Shown here: piece after piece, positions 1-15,378 of the stretch | How the letters are laid out: every line of letters starts with the position of its first letter | Position numbering within the stretch: position 1 is the first letter of the stretch | From: the human T2T-CHM13v2.0 reference genome, Homo sapiens | Reading direction: 5' to 3' (one strand) | Assembly (NCBI RefSeq): GCF_009914755.1 | Contig: NC_060940.1 | Length of the DNA: 64,000 nt | Translations under genes and position numbers: made by a program | Notes under the pieces: model-generated | The model's input: only the letters and a program-made list of their open reading frames with translations | Told to the model about the DNA's origin: nothing | Database searches by the model: none

Positions 1-3000
1 CAATTACATTCCATGACGATTCCGATCGAGTCCATTTGATGATTCCATTAGACTCCATTCGACGATGATTCCATTCGATGTTATTCGATGATTCCATTCG
101 ATCTCATTCGATGATGATTCCATTCAACTCCATTCGATGTTTCCATTCGAGTTCATTCTATTATTCCATTAGATTCCATTCGATGATGATTCCATTCGAT
201 TCCATTTGATGATTGCATTCTATTTCATTTGATGATGATTCCATTCGAGTCCACTCGATGATTCCATTCGAGTCCATTTAATGAATCCATTGGTTTCAAT
301 TCTATGATGATTACATTGGATTACATTCGTTGATGATTTCATTCGGTTCCATTCAATGATGATTCCATTCAATTCCTTTCAATGTTTCCATTCAATTCCA
401 TACGATGATGATTCCATTTGATTTGATTCGACAGTGAGCCATTCGATTCAATTCCATGATGAATCTATTTTATTCAATTGGTTGACATTTCCATTCGATT
501 CCATTCGATGATGATTCCCTTTGATTCCATTCAAAGATGATTCCATTCTAGCCCATTCAATCATTCCATTCGATTCTATTCAATGATGATTCCATTCATG
601 TCGATTTGGTGATTCCATTTGACTTCATTTGATGATGATTCCTTTCAAGTTCATTAGATGATTCCATTCGATTCCATTTGATGATGATCCCATTCGAGTC
701 CATTCAGTGATTCCATTCGTTTCCATTCCATGATGATTCCATTCCATTCCATTCAATGATTCCATTCGATTCCGTTTGATGATGATTTCATTCGAGTCCA
801 TTTGATGATTCCATTCGTTTCCATTCCATGATGATTCCATTCCATTCCATTCAATGATTCCATTCGATTCCGATTGGTGATGATTTCATTCGAGTCCATT
901 TGATGATTCCATTTGATTCCATTCGATGATGATTCCATTCGAGTCCATTCGATGATTCTATTCGAATCCACTTGATGATTTCTTTTGATTATAGTTGGTG
1001 ATGATTCCATTGGAGTCCATTCAATGATTCCATTCGATTCCAATCGATGGTGATTCCATTAGAGTCCATTTAATGATTCCATTTGATTCCAGTCTCTGAT
1101 GGTTACATTCGAGTCCATACGATGATTCCACTCAATTCCATATGATGATGATTCCATTCGATTTCATTCGATGATTCCATTCTATTCTAATTGATGATGA
1201 TTCCATTCGATTCCATTCGATCATGATTGGATTCGATTCCATTTGATGATTTCATTTGATTCCATTCGTTAATGATTTCGATCAACTCCATTCGATGATT
1301 CCATTTGATTCCATTCGATAATGATTACATCTGAGTCCATTCGATGATTCCATTTGAGCCTGTTCGATAATTCCATTTGAGTCCAATCAATGATTCCATT
1401 CATTTCCATTCAATGATTCCATTCGAGTCCATTTGATCATTCTGGTAGGGTCCGTTCGATGTTGAATCCATTGGAGTGCATTCGATGATTCCATTCGAGT
1501 CCATTTTAGGATTTGATTCGAGTCCTTTCGATGATTCCATTCGATTCCACTCGATGATGATTTCATTCGAGTCCATTCGACACTTCCAATCGATTCCATT
1601 TGATGATTCCATTCGAGTCCAATTGATGATTCAATTCCATTCGATGATGATTCCGTACGATTCCATTCTGTGATGATTCCATGTGATTGCATTCAATGAT
1701 GATTCCTTTCGATTGCATTCGATTGTGATTCATTTCGTGTTCATTCTATGGTTCCACAGGTTTCCATTCGTGTCCATTCCATTATTCCATTCTATTCCAT
1801 TTCATGATGATTCCATTCGATTCCATTCATTGGTGATTCCACTCAATTCCATTCAATGATTCCATTCCATTTCTTTCAACAATGATTCCATTAGGTTCTA
1901 ATCGATGATCCACTTGATTCCATTTGATGACGATTCCATTCTTGTCCATTCGATGATTCCATTTGATTCCATATGATGATGATTCCATTCGATTCCATAC
2001 GATGATGATTCCATTCGAGTCCATTCAATGGTGATTCCATTCAATTCCATTCGATGATTCCTTTTGATTCCATTCGATGATGATGGCATTCGATTCCTTT
2101 CAATCATTCCCTTTGATTCCATTCAAAGGTGATTTCATTCAATTCCATTCGATAATTGCATTCGATTCCATTCTATGATGATTCCATTCGAGTCCATTTG
2201 GTGATTCCATTCAATTCAAGTCAATGATGATTCCATTCGATTCCATTCGATGATTCCATTGGATTCCATTCGATGATGATTCCATTCAAATCCATTCGAT
2301 AATTCAATTCAAGTCCATTCGATGATGATTCCAATCGAATCCATTCAAAGATTCCATTCAGTTCCATTCGATGATAACCTTAGATTCCATTCGATGATTC
2401 CACTTGTTTCCATTTACGAAGATTCCATTCGATTACATGTGATTATTCCATTCAATTCTATTCAATGATGGCTCCATTTGATTCCATTCGACCATGATTG
2501 CCTTTGCTTCCATTCAATGTTTCCATTCGGTTCCTTTTGATGATAATTCCGTTCGATTCCATTTGATGATTCCATTTGATTCCAATGGATGAGTCCATTC
2601 GATTACATTCGATGATTATTCCATTTGAGTGCATTAGATGATTCCATTCGAGTCCATTCGATGATTCCATTCGATTCCATTCGATGTTGATTCTGTTCAA
2701 GTCCATTCGATGATTCCACTGGATTCCATTCGAGGACTCCAGATGATCCCATTCGATGATTTCCTTTGATTCCCTTTGATGATCATTCCATTTGATATAA
2801 TTCGGTGATTTCATTTGATTCCATTCAGTGATGTTTCCATTCGACTCCATTCGATGATGATTCCATTCGACTCCATTCGATTATGATTTCATTCAATTCC
2901 ATTCGATAATGATTCCCTTCGAGTCCATTCGATGATTCCATTCGATTCCATTCAACGATTATTTGATTCGTGTCCGTTCGATGATTCCATTTGATTCCAC

Positions 3001-3190
3001 TTCATGATGATTCCATTCGAGTCCATTTGATGATTCCATTCAATACCATTCTCCGATGATTTCTTTTGAGCCCACTCAATGCTTCCACTCGATTCCATAT
3101 GATGATGACTCCATTCGATGAAATTCGATGATGATTCCATTCGCTTGCTTTCGATGATGATTCCACTTGAGTCCGTTAGAAGATTCTATT
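1..3190 (+). repeat. Unit 1: shortened 3190-bp unit (about 3015-bp deletion, 98-bp duplication, 5-bp deletion)
   Basis: Landmarks at 1 and 3191. 6112+98-3015-5=3190. Deletion junction near 1176-1195. Confidence 0.88.
709..904 (+). repeat. 98-bp tandem duplication in unit 1
   Basis: CGTTTCCATTCCATG occurs at 718 and 816; it is single-copy in units 3-12 (substituted in unit 6) and deleted in unit 2. Confidence 0.85.
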
Positions 3191-6100
3191 CAATTACATT
3201 CCATGACGATTCCGTTCGAGTCCATTTGATGATTCCATTAGACTCCATTCGACGATGATTCCATTCGATGTTATTCCATGATTCCATTCGATCTCATTCG
3301 ATGATGATTCCATTCAACTCCATTCGATGTTTCCATTCGAGTTCATTCTATTATTCCATTAGATTCCATTCGATGATGATTCCATTCGATTCCGTTTGAT
3401 GATTGCATTCTATTTCATTTGATGATGATTCCATTCGAGTCCACTCGATGATTCCATTCGAGTCCATTTAATGAATCCATTGGTTTCAATTCTATGATTA
3501 TTACATTGGATTCCATTCGTTGATGATTTCATTCGGTTCCATTCAATGATGATTCCATTCAATTCCTTTCAATGTTTCCATTCAATTCCATACGATGATG
3601 ATTCCATTTGATTTGATTCGACAGTGAGCCATTCGATTCAATTCCATGATGATTCTATTTGATTCAATTGGTTGACATTTCCATTCGATTCCATTCGATG
3701 ATGATTCCCTTTGATTCCATTCAAAGATGATTCCATTCTAGCCCATTCAATCATTCCATTCGATTCTATTCAATGATGATTCCATTCATGTCGATTTGGT
3801 GATTCCATTTGACTTCATTTGATGATGATTCCTTTCAAGTTCATTAGATGATTCCATTCGATTCCATTTGATGATGATTCCATTCCATTCCATTCAATGA
3901 TTCCATTCGATTCCGTTTGATGATGATTTCATTCGAGTCCATTTGATGATTCCATTTTATTCCATTCGATGATGATTCCATTCGCGTCCATTCGATGATT
4001 CTATTCGAATCCATTTGATGATTACTTTTGATTATATTTGGTGATGATTCCATTGGAGTCCATTCAATGATTCCATTCGATTCCAATCGATGATGATTCC
4101 ATTAGAGTCCATTTAATGATTCCATTTGATTCCAGTCTCTGATGATTACATTCGAGTCCATACGATGATTCCACTCAATTCCATATGATGATGATTCCAT
4201 TCGATTCCATTAGATGATTCCATTCTATTCTATTCAATGGTGATTCCATTCGAGTATATTAGATGATTCCATTCGATTCCATTCAATGATGATTCTATTT
4301 GTGTCCCTTAGATGGTTCCACATGATTCCATTACATGATGATACTACTTGAGCCCATCCAATGATTCCCTTCGATTCCATTCGATGAGGATTCCATTCGA
4401 TTCAATTTATTGGTGATTCTATTCAATTCAATTCTTTGATTCAATTCCATTCCATTCGACAATGATTCCATTCGATTTCTTTCGATGATTCCACTCGATT
4501 CCACTTGACATTGATTCCATTCGATTCCATTCAATGATTCCGTTTGATTCCAGTGGATGATGATTGCCATCGATTCCATTCGATCACTCCATTCTATTCC
4601 ATTTGATGATTACATTCGATTCCATTTGATGATTCCATCTGATTCTATTCGAGGATTCCATTTGATTCCATTCGATGATGATTCCATTCGAGTCCATTCG
4701 ATGATTTCATTCGAGTACATCCAATGATTCCATTCGAGTCCATTTGATGATTCCATTTGATTCCATTTGATTATGATTCTACTAGAGTCCATTCAATGAC
4801 TCCATTCGAATCCATTCAACAATTCCATTCGAGTCCATTCGATGATTCCATTTCATGATTCCATTCGAGTCCATTTAATCATTACAGTCAAGTCCGTTTG
4901 GTGATTCCACTGGATTTCTTTTGATAATGATACCATTCAATTACATTTGATGATGATCCCATTCAATTTCATTTGATGGTGATTCCATTAGAGTCCATTC
5001 GATGATTTCATTCGAGTCCCTTCATTGATTCCATCTGATTTCATTTGATGATGACTCCATTCGAGTCCATTCGATGATTCCACTCGATTCCATTAGATGA
5101 TTCCATTGGAGTCCATTTCATTGTTCCATTCGATTCCATTCGATTCCTTTCGAAGATTATTCCATTTGAGTCCATTCGATGATGATTCCATTCCATTCCA
5201 TTCGATGATTCCGTTTGATTCCATTCGATGATTCCCTTCGATTCCTTTCTTTGATGATTCCATTCCATTCCATTCAATGATTCCATTCGAATCTATTCCA
5301 TGATGATTCCTTTCGATTCCATTCGCTGATGTTTCCGTTCAATTCCATTCGGTGATGATTCCATTCGATTCCATTCATTGAGGATTCCATTTGATTCCAT
5401 TCAATGATGATTCCGTTCTATTCCATTCAATGATTGTATTCAATTCCATTCAATGATTATCCCCTTAGAGTAAACTCAACGATTCCATTCAATACCATTC
5501 GATGATGATTCCTTTTGAGTCCATTCAATGATTTCATTCAAGTCCATTTGATGATTCCTTTCAATTCCATTCTATGATGATTCCATTCGAGTCCATTCGA
5601 TGATTCCATTCGATTGCATTCGATGATTCCATTATATTCCAGTCAACGATGATTCCATTCGAGTCCATTCGATGATTCCATTAGAGTACATTTAATGATT
5701 GCTTTGTTTTCAATTCGAAGATGATTACATTGGATTCCATTCTATGATACCATTCGATTCCATTCAATGATGATTCCACTCAAATCCATTGGATGATTCC
5801 ATTCGTGTCCGTTCGGTGATTTCATTAGATTCCATTCGAGGATGATTCCATTCGATTCCATTCGATGATTCCATTCTATTCCATTCGATGATGATTCCAT
5901 TCCAGTCCATATGATCATTCCATTTGATTTCATTCGATGATGATTCCATTCGATTCCATTCGAAGATTCCATTCTATTCCATTCGATGATGATTCCATTC
6001 GAGTCCATTCGATGATTCCATTCGAGTCCATTTAATGATTCCATTGGGTTCAATTCAATGATGATTACATTGGATTCCGTTCTATGATTCCATTCAATTC

Positions 6101-9100
6101 CGTTCATTGACAATTTGATTCCATTCGATGATGATTCCATTTGAGTTCATTCGATGATTCTATTCGATTCTCTTTGATGGTGATTCAATTCTATTATATT
6201 GGATGATTCCATTCGATTCCATTTGATGTTGATTCAATTCGATTCTATTCGATGATGATTCCATTGGATTTCACTTGATGATTCTATTCGATTCCATTCA
6301 ATGATGATTCACTTCTCGTCCATTGGATGATTCCATTTCATTCCATTCGATGATGATTCCATTCGATTCCATTCGATGATTCCATTTGATTCCATGCGAC
6401 GGTGAGCAATTCGATTCAATTCCATGATGATTCTATTTGATTCAATTAGATGATGTTTCCATTCGAATCCATTCCATGATTATTCTATTGGAATCCATTC
6501 GGCGATGATTCCATATGAGTCAATTCAATGATGATTCCATATGGGTCCGTTCGATGATAATTCCATTTGATTTCATTCGATGCTTCTATTCTATTCCAGT
6601 CGATGATGATTCCGTTGGAGTCCATACGATGATTCCATTTGATTTCATTTGATGATGATTCCATTCGATGATGATTACATTGGATTCCATTCTATGATTC
6701 CATTCAATTCCATTCGTTGATGATTCGATTCCATTCAATGATGATTCCATTTGAGTTCATTCGATGATTCTATTCGATTCCGTTCGATGGTGATTCAATT
6801 CTATTATATTGGATGATTCCACTCGATTCCATTTGATGATTATTCCATTGGAGTCCACTTAGTGAATCCTTTAGATTCTACTCGACGATGATTCCATTCG
6901 AGTCCATTCGATGATACCATTCAATTCCATTCGTTGATGCTTCCATTCAAGTGCATTCGATGATATCATTCGATTCCATTTGATGATAATTCCATTTGAT
7001 TCCATGCGATGATTCTATTCGATTCCATTCAATGATAATTCCATTCAATTCAGTGATTCCTCTGGACTCCATTTGATGATGATTCCATTCAATGATTCCA
7101 TTCGATTCTATTCGAAAATGATTCCATTTGAATCCATTTGATTATGATTCCATTAGATTCCATTTGATGATTCCATTCGATTCCATTCGACGATGATTCC
7201 ATTCGATTCCGTTTGATGATTCCATTCTATTCTATTCGATGATGATTCCATTCGATTCCATTCGATGATGATTGGATTCGATTCCATTTGATGATTTCAT
7301 TTGATTCCATTCGTTAATGATTTCGATCAATTCCATTCGATGATTCCATTCGATTCCATTCGATAATGATTACATCCGAGTCCATTCGATGATTCCCTTT
7401 GAGCCTGTTCGATAATTCCATTTGAGTCCAACCAATGATTCCATTCATTTCCATTCAATGATTCCATTTGAGTCCATTTGATCATTCCGGTAGGGTCCAT
7501 TCGATGTTGATTCCATTGGAGTGCATTCGATGATTCCATTCGAGTCCATTTTAGGATTTGATTCGAGTCCTTTCGATGATTCCATTCGATTCCACTCGAT
7601 GATGATTTCATTCGAGTCCATTCGACACTTCCAATCGATTCCATTTGATGATTCCATTCGAGTCCAATTGATGATTCCATTCAATTCCATTCGATGATGA
7701 TTCCGTACGATTCCATTCTGTGATGATTCCATGTGATTGCATTCAATGATGATTCCTTTCGATTGCATTCGATTATGATTCATTTCGTGTTCATTCTATG
7801 GTTCCACAGGTTTCCATTCGTGTCCATTCCATTATTCCATTCTATTCCATTTGATGATGATTCCATTCGATTCCATTCATTGGTGATTCCACTCAATTCC
7901 ATTCAATGATTCCATTCCATTTCTTTCAACAATGATTCCATTAGTTTCTAATCGATGATCCACTTGATTCCATTTGACGACGATTCCATTCTTGTCCATT
8001 CGATGATTCCATTTGATTCCATATGATGATGATTCCATTCGATTCCATACCATGATGATTCCATTCGAGTCCATTCAATGGTGATTCCATTCAATTCCAT
8101 TCGATGATTCCTTTCGATTCCATTCGATGATGATGGCATTCGATTCCTTTCAATCATTCCCTTTGATTCCATTCAAAGGTGATTTCATTCAAGTCCATTC
8201 GATAATTGCATTCGATTCCATTCTATGATGATTCCATTCGAGTCCATTTGATGATTCCATTCAATTCAAGTCAATGATGATTCCATTCGATTCCATTCGA
8301 TGATTCCATTGGATTCCATTCGATGATGATTCCATTCAAATCCTTTCGATAATTCAATTCAAGTCCATTCGATGATGATTCCAATCGAATCCATTCAAAG
8401 ATTCCATTCAGTTCCATTCGATGATTCCCTTAGATTCCATTCGATGATTCCACTTGATTCCATTTACGATGATTCCATTCGATTCCATGTGATGATTCCA
8501 TTCAATTCTATTCAATGATGTCTCCATTTGATTCCATTCGACCATGATTGCCTTTGATTCCATTCAATGATTCCATTCGGTTCCGTTTGATGATGATTCC
8601 GTTCGATTCCATTTGATGATTCCATTTGATTCCATTGGATGAGTCCATTCGATTACATTCGATGATTATTCCATTCGAGTGCATTAGATGATTCCATTCG
8701 AGTCCATTCGATGATTCCATTCGATTCCATTCGATGTTGATTCTGTTCAAATCCATTCGATGATTCCACTTGATTCCATTCGTTGACTCCATTTGATCCC
8801 ATTCGATGATTTCCTTTGATTCCCTTTGATGATCATTCCTTTTGATTCAATTCGGTGATTTCATTTGATTCCATTCAGTGATGTTTCCATTCGACTCCAT
8901 TCGATGATGATTCCATTCGACTCCATTCGATTATGATTTCATTCAATTCCATTCGATAATGATTCCCTTCGAGTCCATTCGATGATTCCATTCGATTCCA
9001 TTCAACGATGATTTGATTCGTGTCCATTCGATGATTCCATTTGATTCCACTTGATGATGATTCCATTCGAGTCCATTTGATGATTCCATTCAATTCCATA

Positions 9101-9240
9101 CTCCGATGATTTCTTTTGAGCCCACTCAATGCTTCCACTCGATTCCATATGATGATGACTCCATTCGATGAAATTCGATGATGATTCCATTCGCTTGCTT
9201 TCGATGATGATTCCACTTGAGTCCGTTAGAAGATTCTATT
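3191..9240 (+). repeat. Unit 2: 6050 bp (6112 -49 -3 -10)
   Basis: Landmark spacing. Deletions near 3875 (49 bp), 4605 (3 bp) and 4850 (10 bp). Confidence 0.9.
6438..6448 (-). promoter_or_regulatory. Putative DUX4 site TAATTGAATCA, one per unit (also at 12576, 18688, 24823, 30932, 37043, 43181, 49270, 54130, 58580, 63443)
   Basis: + strand TGATTCAATTA; its reverse complement fits the DUX4 consensus TAAYBBAATCA. DUX4 is known to bind and activate HSATII. Occupancy at these copies cannot be shown from sequence. Confidence 0.5.
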
Positions 9241-12200
9241 CAATTACATTCCATGACGATTCCGTTCGAGTCCATTTGATGATTCCATTAGACTCCATTC
9301 GACGATGATTCCATTCGATGTTATTCGATGATTCCATTCGATCTCATTCGATGATGATTCCATTCAACTCCATTCGATGTTTCCATTCGAGTTCATTCTA
9401 TTATTCCATTAGATTCCATTCGATGATGATTCCATTCGATTCCATTTGATGATTGCATTCTATTTCATTTGATGATGATTCCATTCGAGTCCACTCGATG
9501 ATTCCATTCGAGTCCATTTAATGAATCCATTGGTTTCAATTCTATGATGATTACATTGGATTCCATTCGTTGATGATTTCATTCGGTTCCATTCAATGAT
9601 GATTCCATTCAATTCCTTTCAATGTTTCCATTCAATTCCATACGATGATGATTCCATTTGATTTGATTCGACAGTGAGCCATTCGATTCAATTCCATGAT
9701 GATTCTATTTGATTCAATTGGTTGACATTTCCATTCGATTCCATTCGATGATGATTCCCTTTGATTCCGTTCAAAGATGATTCCATTCTAGCCCATTCAA
9801 TCATTCCATTCGATTCTATTCAATGATGATTCCATTCATGTCGATTTGGTGATTCCATTTGACTTCATTTGATGATGATTCCTTTCAAGTTCATTAGATG
9901 ATTCCATTCGATTCCATTTGATGATGATCCCATTCGAGTCCATTCAGTGATTCCATTCGTTTCCATTCCATGATGATTCCATTCCTTTCCATTCAATGAT
10001 TCCATTCGATTCCGTTTGATGATGATTTCATTCGAGTCCATTTGATGATTCCATTTGATTCCATTCGATGATGATTCCATTCGAGTCCATTCGATGATTC
10101 TATTCGAATCCATTTGATGATTTCTTTTGATTATATTTGGTGATGATTCCATTGGAGTCCATTCAATGATTCCATTCTATTCCAATCGATGATGATTCCA
10201 TTAGAGTCCATTTAATGATTCCATTTGATTCCAGTCTCTGATGATTACATTCGAGTCCATACGATGATTCCACTCAATTCCATATGATGATGATTCCATT
10301 TGATTCCATTCGGTGATTCCATTCTATTCTAATCAGTGGTGATTCCATTCTATTCTATTCAATGGTGATTCCATTCGAGTACATTAGATGATTCCATTCG
10401 ATTCCATTCAATGATGATTCTATTTGTGTCCCTTAGATGATTCCACATGATTCCATTAGATGATGATACTATTTGAGCCCATCCAATGATTCCCTTCGAT
10501 TCCATTCGATGAGGATTCCATTCGATTCAATTCATTGGTGATTCTATTCAATTCAATTCTTTGATTCCATTCCATTCCATTCGACAATGATTCCATTCGA
10601 TTTCTTTCGATGATTCCACTCGATTCCACTTGACATTGATTCCATTCGATTCCATTCAATGATTCCATTTGATTCCAGTGGATGATGATTGCCATCGATT
10701 CCATTCGATCACTCCATTCTATTCCATTTGATGATGATTACATTCGATTCCATTTGATGATTCCATCTGATTCTATTCGAGGATTCCATTTGATTCCATT
10801 CGATGATGATTCCATTCGAGTCCATTCGATGATTTCATTCGAGTACATCCAATGATTCCATTCGAGTCCATTAGATGATTCCATTTGATTCCATTTGAAA
10901 ATGATTCTACTAGAGTCCATTCAATGACTCCATTCGAGTCCATTCAACAATTCCATTCGACTCCAATCGATGATTCCATTCGATTCCATTTGATGGTTCC
11001 ATTCGAGTCCATTTAATCATTACAGTCGAGTCCGTTTGGTGATTCCACTGGATTTCTTTTGATAATGATACCATTCAATTACATTTGATGATGATCCCAT
11101 TCAATTTCATTTGATGATGATTCCATTGGAGTCCATTCGATGATTTCATTCGAGTCCCTTCATTGATTCCATCCGATTTCATTGGATGATGACTCCATTC
11201 GAGTCCATTCGATGATTCCACTCGATTCCATTAGATGACTCCATTGGAGTCCATTTGATTGTTCCATTCGATTCCATTCGATTCCTTTCGAAGATTATTC
11301 CATTTGAGTCCATTCGATGATGATTCCATTCCATTCCATTCGATGATTCCGTTTGATTCCATTCGATGATTCCCTTTGATTCCTTTCTTTGATGATTCCA
11401 TTCCATTCCATTCAATGATTCCATTCGAATCTATTCCATGATGATTCCTTTCGATTCCATTCGCTGATGTTTCCGTTCAATTCCATTCGATGATGATTCC
11501 ATTCGATTCCATTCATTGAGGATTCCATTGGATTCCATTCAATGATGATTCCATTGTATTCCATTCAATGATTGCATTCAATTCCATTCAATGATTATCC
11601 CATTAGAGTAAACTCAACGATTCCATTCAATACCATTCGATGATGATTCCTTTTGAGTCCATTCAATGATTTCATTCAAGTCCATTTGATGATTCCTTTC
11701 AATTCCATTCTATGATGATTCCATTCGAGTCCATTCGATGATTCCATTCGATTGCATTCGATGATTCCATTATATTCCATTCAACGGTGATTCCATTCGA
11801 GTCCATTCCATGATTCCATTAGAGTACATTTAATGATTGCTTTGTTTTCAATTCGAAGATGATTACATTGGATTCCATTCTATGATACCATTCGATTCCA
11901 TTCAATGATGATTCCACTCAAATCCATTGGATGATTCCATTCGTGTCCATTCGGTGATTTCATTAGATTCCATTCGAGGATGATTCCATTCGATTCCATT
12001 CGATGATTCCATTCAATTCCATTCGATGATGATTCCATTCCAGTCCATATGATCATTCCATTTGATTTCATTCGATGATGATTCCATTCGATTCGATTCG
12101 ACGATTCCATTATATTCCATTCGATGATGATTCCATTCGAGTCCATTCGATCATTCCATTCGAGTCCATTTAATGATTCCATTGGGTTCAATTCAATGAT

Positions 12201-15200
12201 GATTACATTGGATTCCGTTCTATGATTCCATTCAATTCCGTTCATTGACAATTTGATTCCATTCGATGATGATTCCATTTGAGTTCATTCGATGATTCTA
12301 TTCGATTCTCTTCGATGGTGATTCAATTCTATTATATTGGATGATTCCATTCGATTCCATTTGATGTTGATTCAATTCGATTCTATTCGATGATGATTCC
12401 ATTGGATTTCACTTGATGATTCTATTCGATTCCATTCAATGATGATTCACTTCTCGTCCATTGGATGATTCCATTTCATTCCATTCGATGATGATTCCAT
12501 TCGATTCCATTCGATGATTCCATTTGATTCCATGCGACGGTGAGCAATTCGATTCAATTCCATGATGATTCTATTTGATTCAATTAGATGATGTTTCCAT
12601 TCGAATCCATTCCATGATTATTCCATTGGAATCCATTCGGCGATGATTCCATATGAGTCAATTCAATGATGATTCCATATGGGTCCGTTCGATGATAATT
12701 CCATTTGATTTCATTCGATGCTTCTATTCTATTCCAGTCGATGATGATTCCGTTGGAGTCCATACGATGATTCCATTTGATTTCATTTGATGATGATTCC
12801 ATTCGATGATGATTACATTGGATTCCATTCTATGATTCCATTCAATTCCATTCGTTGATGATTCGATTCCATTCAATGATGATTCCATTTGAGTTCATTC
12901 GATGATTCTATTCGATTCCGTTCGATGGTGATTCAATTCTATTATATTGGATGATTCCACTCGATTCCATTTGATGATTATTCCATTGGAGTCCACTTAG
13001 TGAATCCTTTAGATTCTACTCGACGATGATTCCATTCGAGTCCATTCGATGATACCATTCAATTCCATTCGTTGATGCTTCCATTCAAGTGCATTCGATG
13101 ATATCATTCGATTCCATTTGATGATAATTCCATTTGATTCCATGCGATGATTCTATTCGATTCCATTCAATGATAATTCCATTCAATTCAGTGATTCCTC
13201 TGGACTCCATTTGATGATGATTCCATTCAATGATTCCATTCGATTCTATTCGAAAATGATTCCATTTGAATCCATTTGATGATGATTCCATTAGATTCCA
13301 TTTGATGATTCCATTCGATTCCATTCGACGATGATTCCATTCGATTCCGTTTGATGATTCCATTCTATTCTATTCGATGATGATTCCATTCGATTCCATT
13401 CGATGATGATTGGATTCGATTCCATTTGATGATTTCATTTGATTCCATTCGTTAATGATTTCGATCAATTCCATTCGATGATTCCATTCGATTCCATTCG
13501 ATAATGATTACATCCGAGTCCATTCGATGATTCCCTTTGAGCCTGTTCGATAATTCCATTTGAGTCCAACCAATGATTCCATTCATTTCCATTCAATGAT
13601 TCCATTCGAGTCCATTTGATCATTCCGGTAGGGTCCATTCGATGTTGATTCCATTGGAGTGCATTCGATGATTCCATTCGAGTCCATTTTAGGATTTGAT
13701 TCGAGTCCTTTCGATGATTCCATTCGATTCCACTCGATGATGATTTCATTCGAGTCCATTCGACACTTCCAATCGATTCCATTTGATGATTCCATTCGAG
13801 TCCAATTGATGATTCCATTCAATTCCATTCGATGATGATTCCGTACGATTCCATTCTGTGATGATTCCATGTGATTGCATTCAATGATGATTCCTTTCGA
13901 TTGCATTCGATTATGATTCATTTCGTGTTCATTCTATGGTTCCACAGGTTTCCATTCGTGTCCATTCCATTATTCCATTCTATTCCATTTCATGATGATT
14001 CCATTCGATTCCATTCATTGGTGATTCCACTCAATTCCATTCAATGATTCCATTCCATTTCTTTCAACAATGATTCCATTAGTTTCTAATCGATGATCCA
14101 CTTGATTCCATTTGACGACGATTCCATTCTTGTCCATTCGATGATTCCATTTGATTCCATATGATGATGATTCCATTCGATTCCATACCATGATGATTCC
14201 ATTCAAGTCCATTCAATGGTGATTCCATTCAATTCCATTCGATGATTCCTTTCGATTCCATTCGATGATGATGGCATTCGATTCCTTTCAATCATTCCCT
14301 TTGATTCCATTCAAAGGTGATTTCATTCAAGTCCATTCGATAATTGCATTCGATTCCATTCTATGATGATTCCATTCGAGTCCATTTGATGATTCCATTC
14401 AATTCAAGTCAATGATGATTCCATTCGATTCCATTCGATGATTCCATTGGATTCCATTCGATGATGATTCCATTCAAATCCATTCGATAATTCAATTCAA
14501 GTCCATTCGATGATGATTCCAATCGAATCCATTCAAAGATTCCATTCAGTTCCATTCGATGATTCCCTTAGATTCCATTCGATGATTCCACTTGATTGCA
14601 TTTACGATGATTCCATTCGATTCCATGTGATGATTCCATTCAATTCTATTCAATGATGTCTCCATTTGATTCCATTCGACCATGATTGCCTTTGATTCCA
14701 TTCAATGATTCCATTCGGTTCCGTTTGATGATGATTCCGTTCGATTCCATTTGATGATTCCATTTGATTCCATTGGATGGGTCCATTCGATTACATTCGA
14801 TGATTATTCCATTCGAGTGCATTAGATGATTCCATTCGAGTCCATTCGATGATTCCATTCGATTCCATTCGATGTTGATTCTGTTCAAATCCATTCGATG
14901 ATTCCACTCGATTCCATTCGTTGACTCCATTTGATCCCATTCGATGATTTCCTTTGATTCCCTTTGATGATCATTCCATTTGATTCAATTCGGTGATTTC
15001 ATTTGATTCCATTCAGTGATGTTTCCATTCGACTCCATTCGATGATGATTCCATTCGACTCCATTCGATTATGATTTCATTCAATTCCATTCGGTAATGA
15101 TTCCCTTCGAGTCCATTCGATGTTTCCATTCGATTCCATTCAACGATGATTTGATTCGTGTCCATTCGATGATTCCATTTGATTCCACTTGATGATGATT

Positions 15201-15378
15201 CCATTCGAGTCCATTTGATGATTCCATTCAATTCCATACTCCGATGATTTCTTTTGAGCCCACTCAATGCTTCCACTCGATTCCATATGATGATGACTCC
15301 ATTCGATGAAATTCGATGATGATTCCATTCGCTTGCTTTCGATGATGATTCCACTTGAGTCCGTTAGAAGATTCTATT
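9241..15378 (+). repeat. Unit 3: 6138 bp (6112 +26)
   Basis: Extra 26-bp monomer at 10315-10340. Confidence 0.92.

Noticed and set aside
1725-1790. Atypical-looking patch (TTTCGTGTTCATTCTATGGTTCCACAGGTTTCC)
   Set aside because: It recurs once in each of units 1-8 and still fits degenerate monomer spacing; a diverged monomer, not an insertion.
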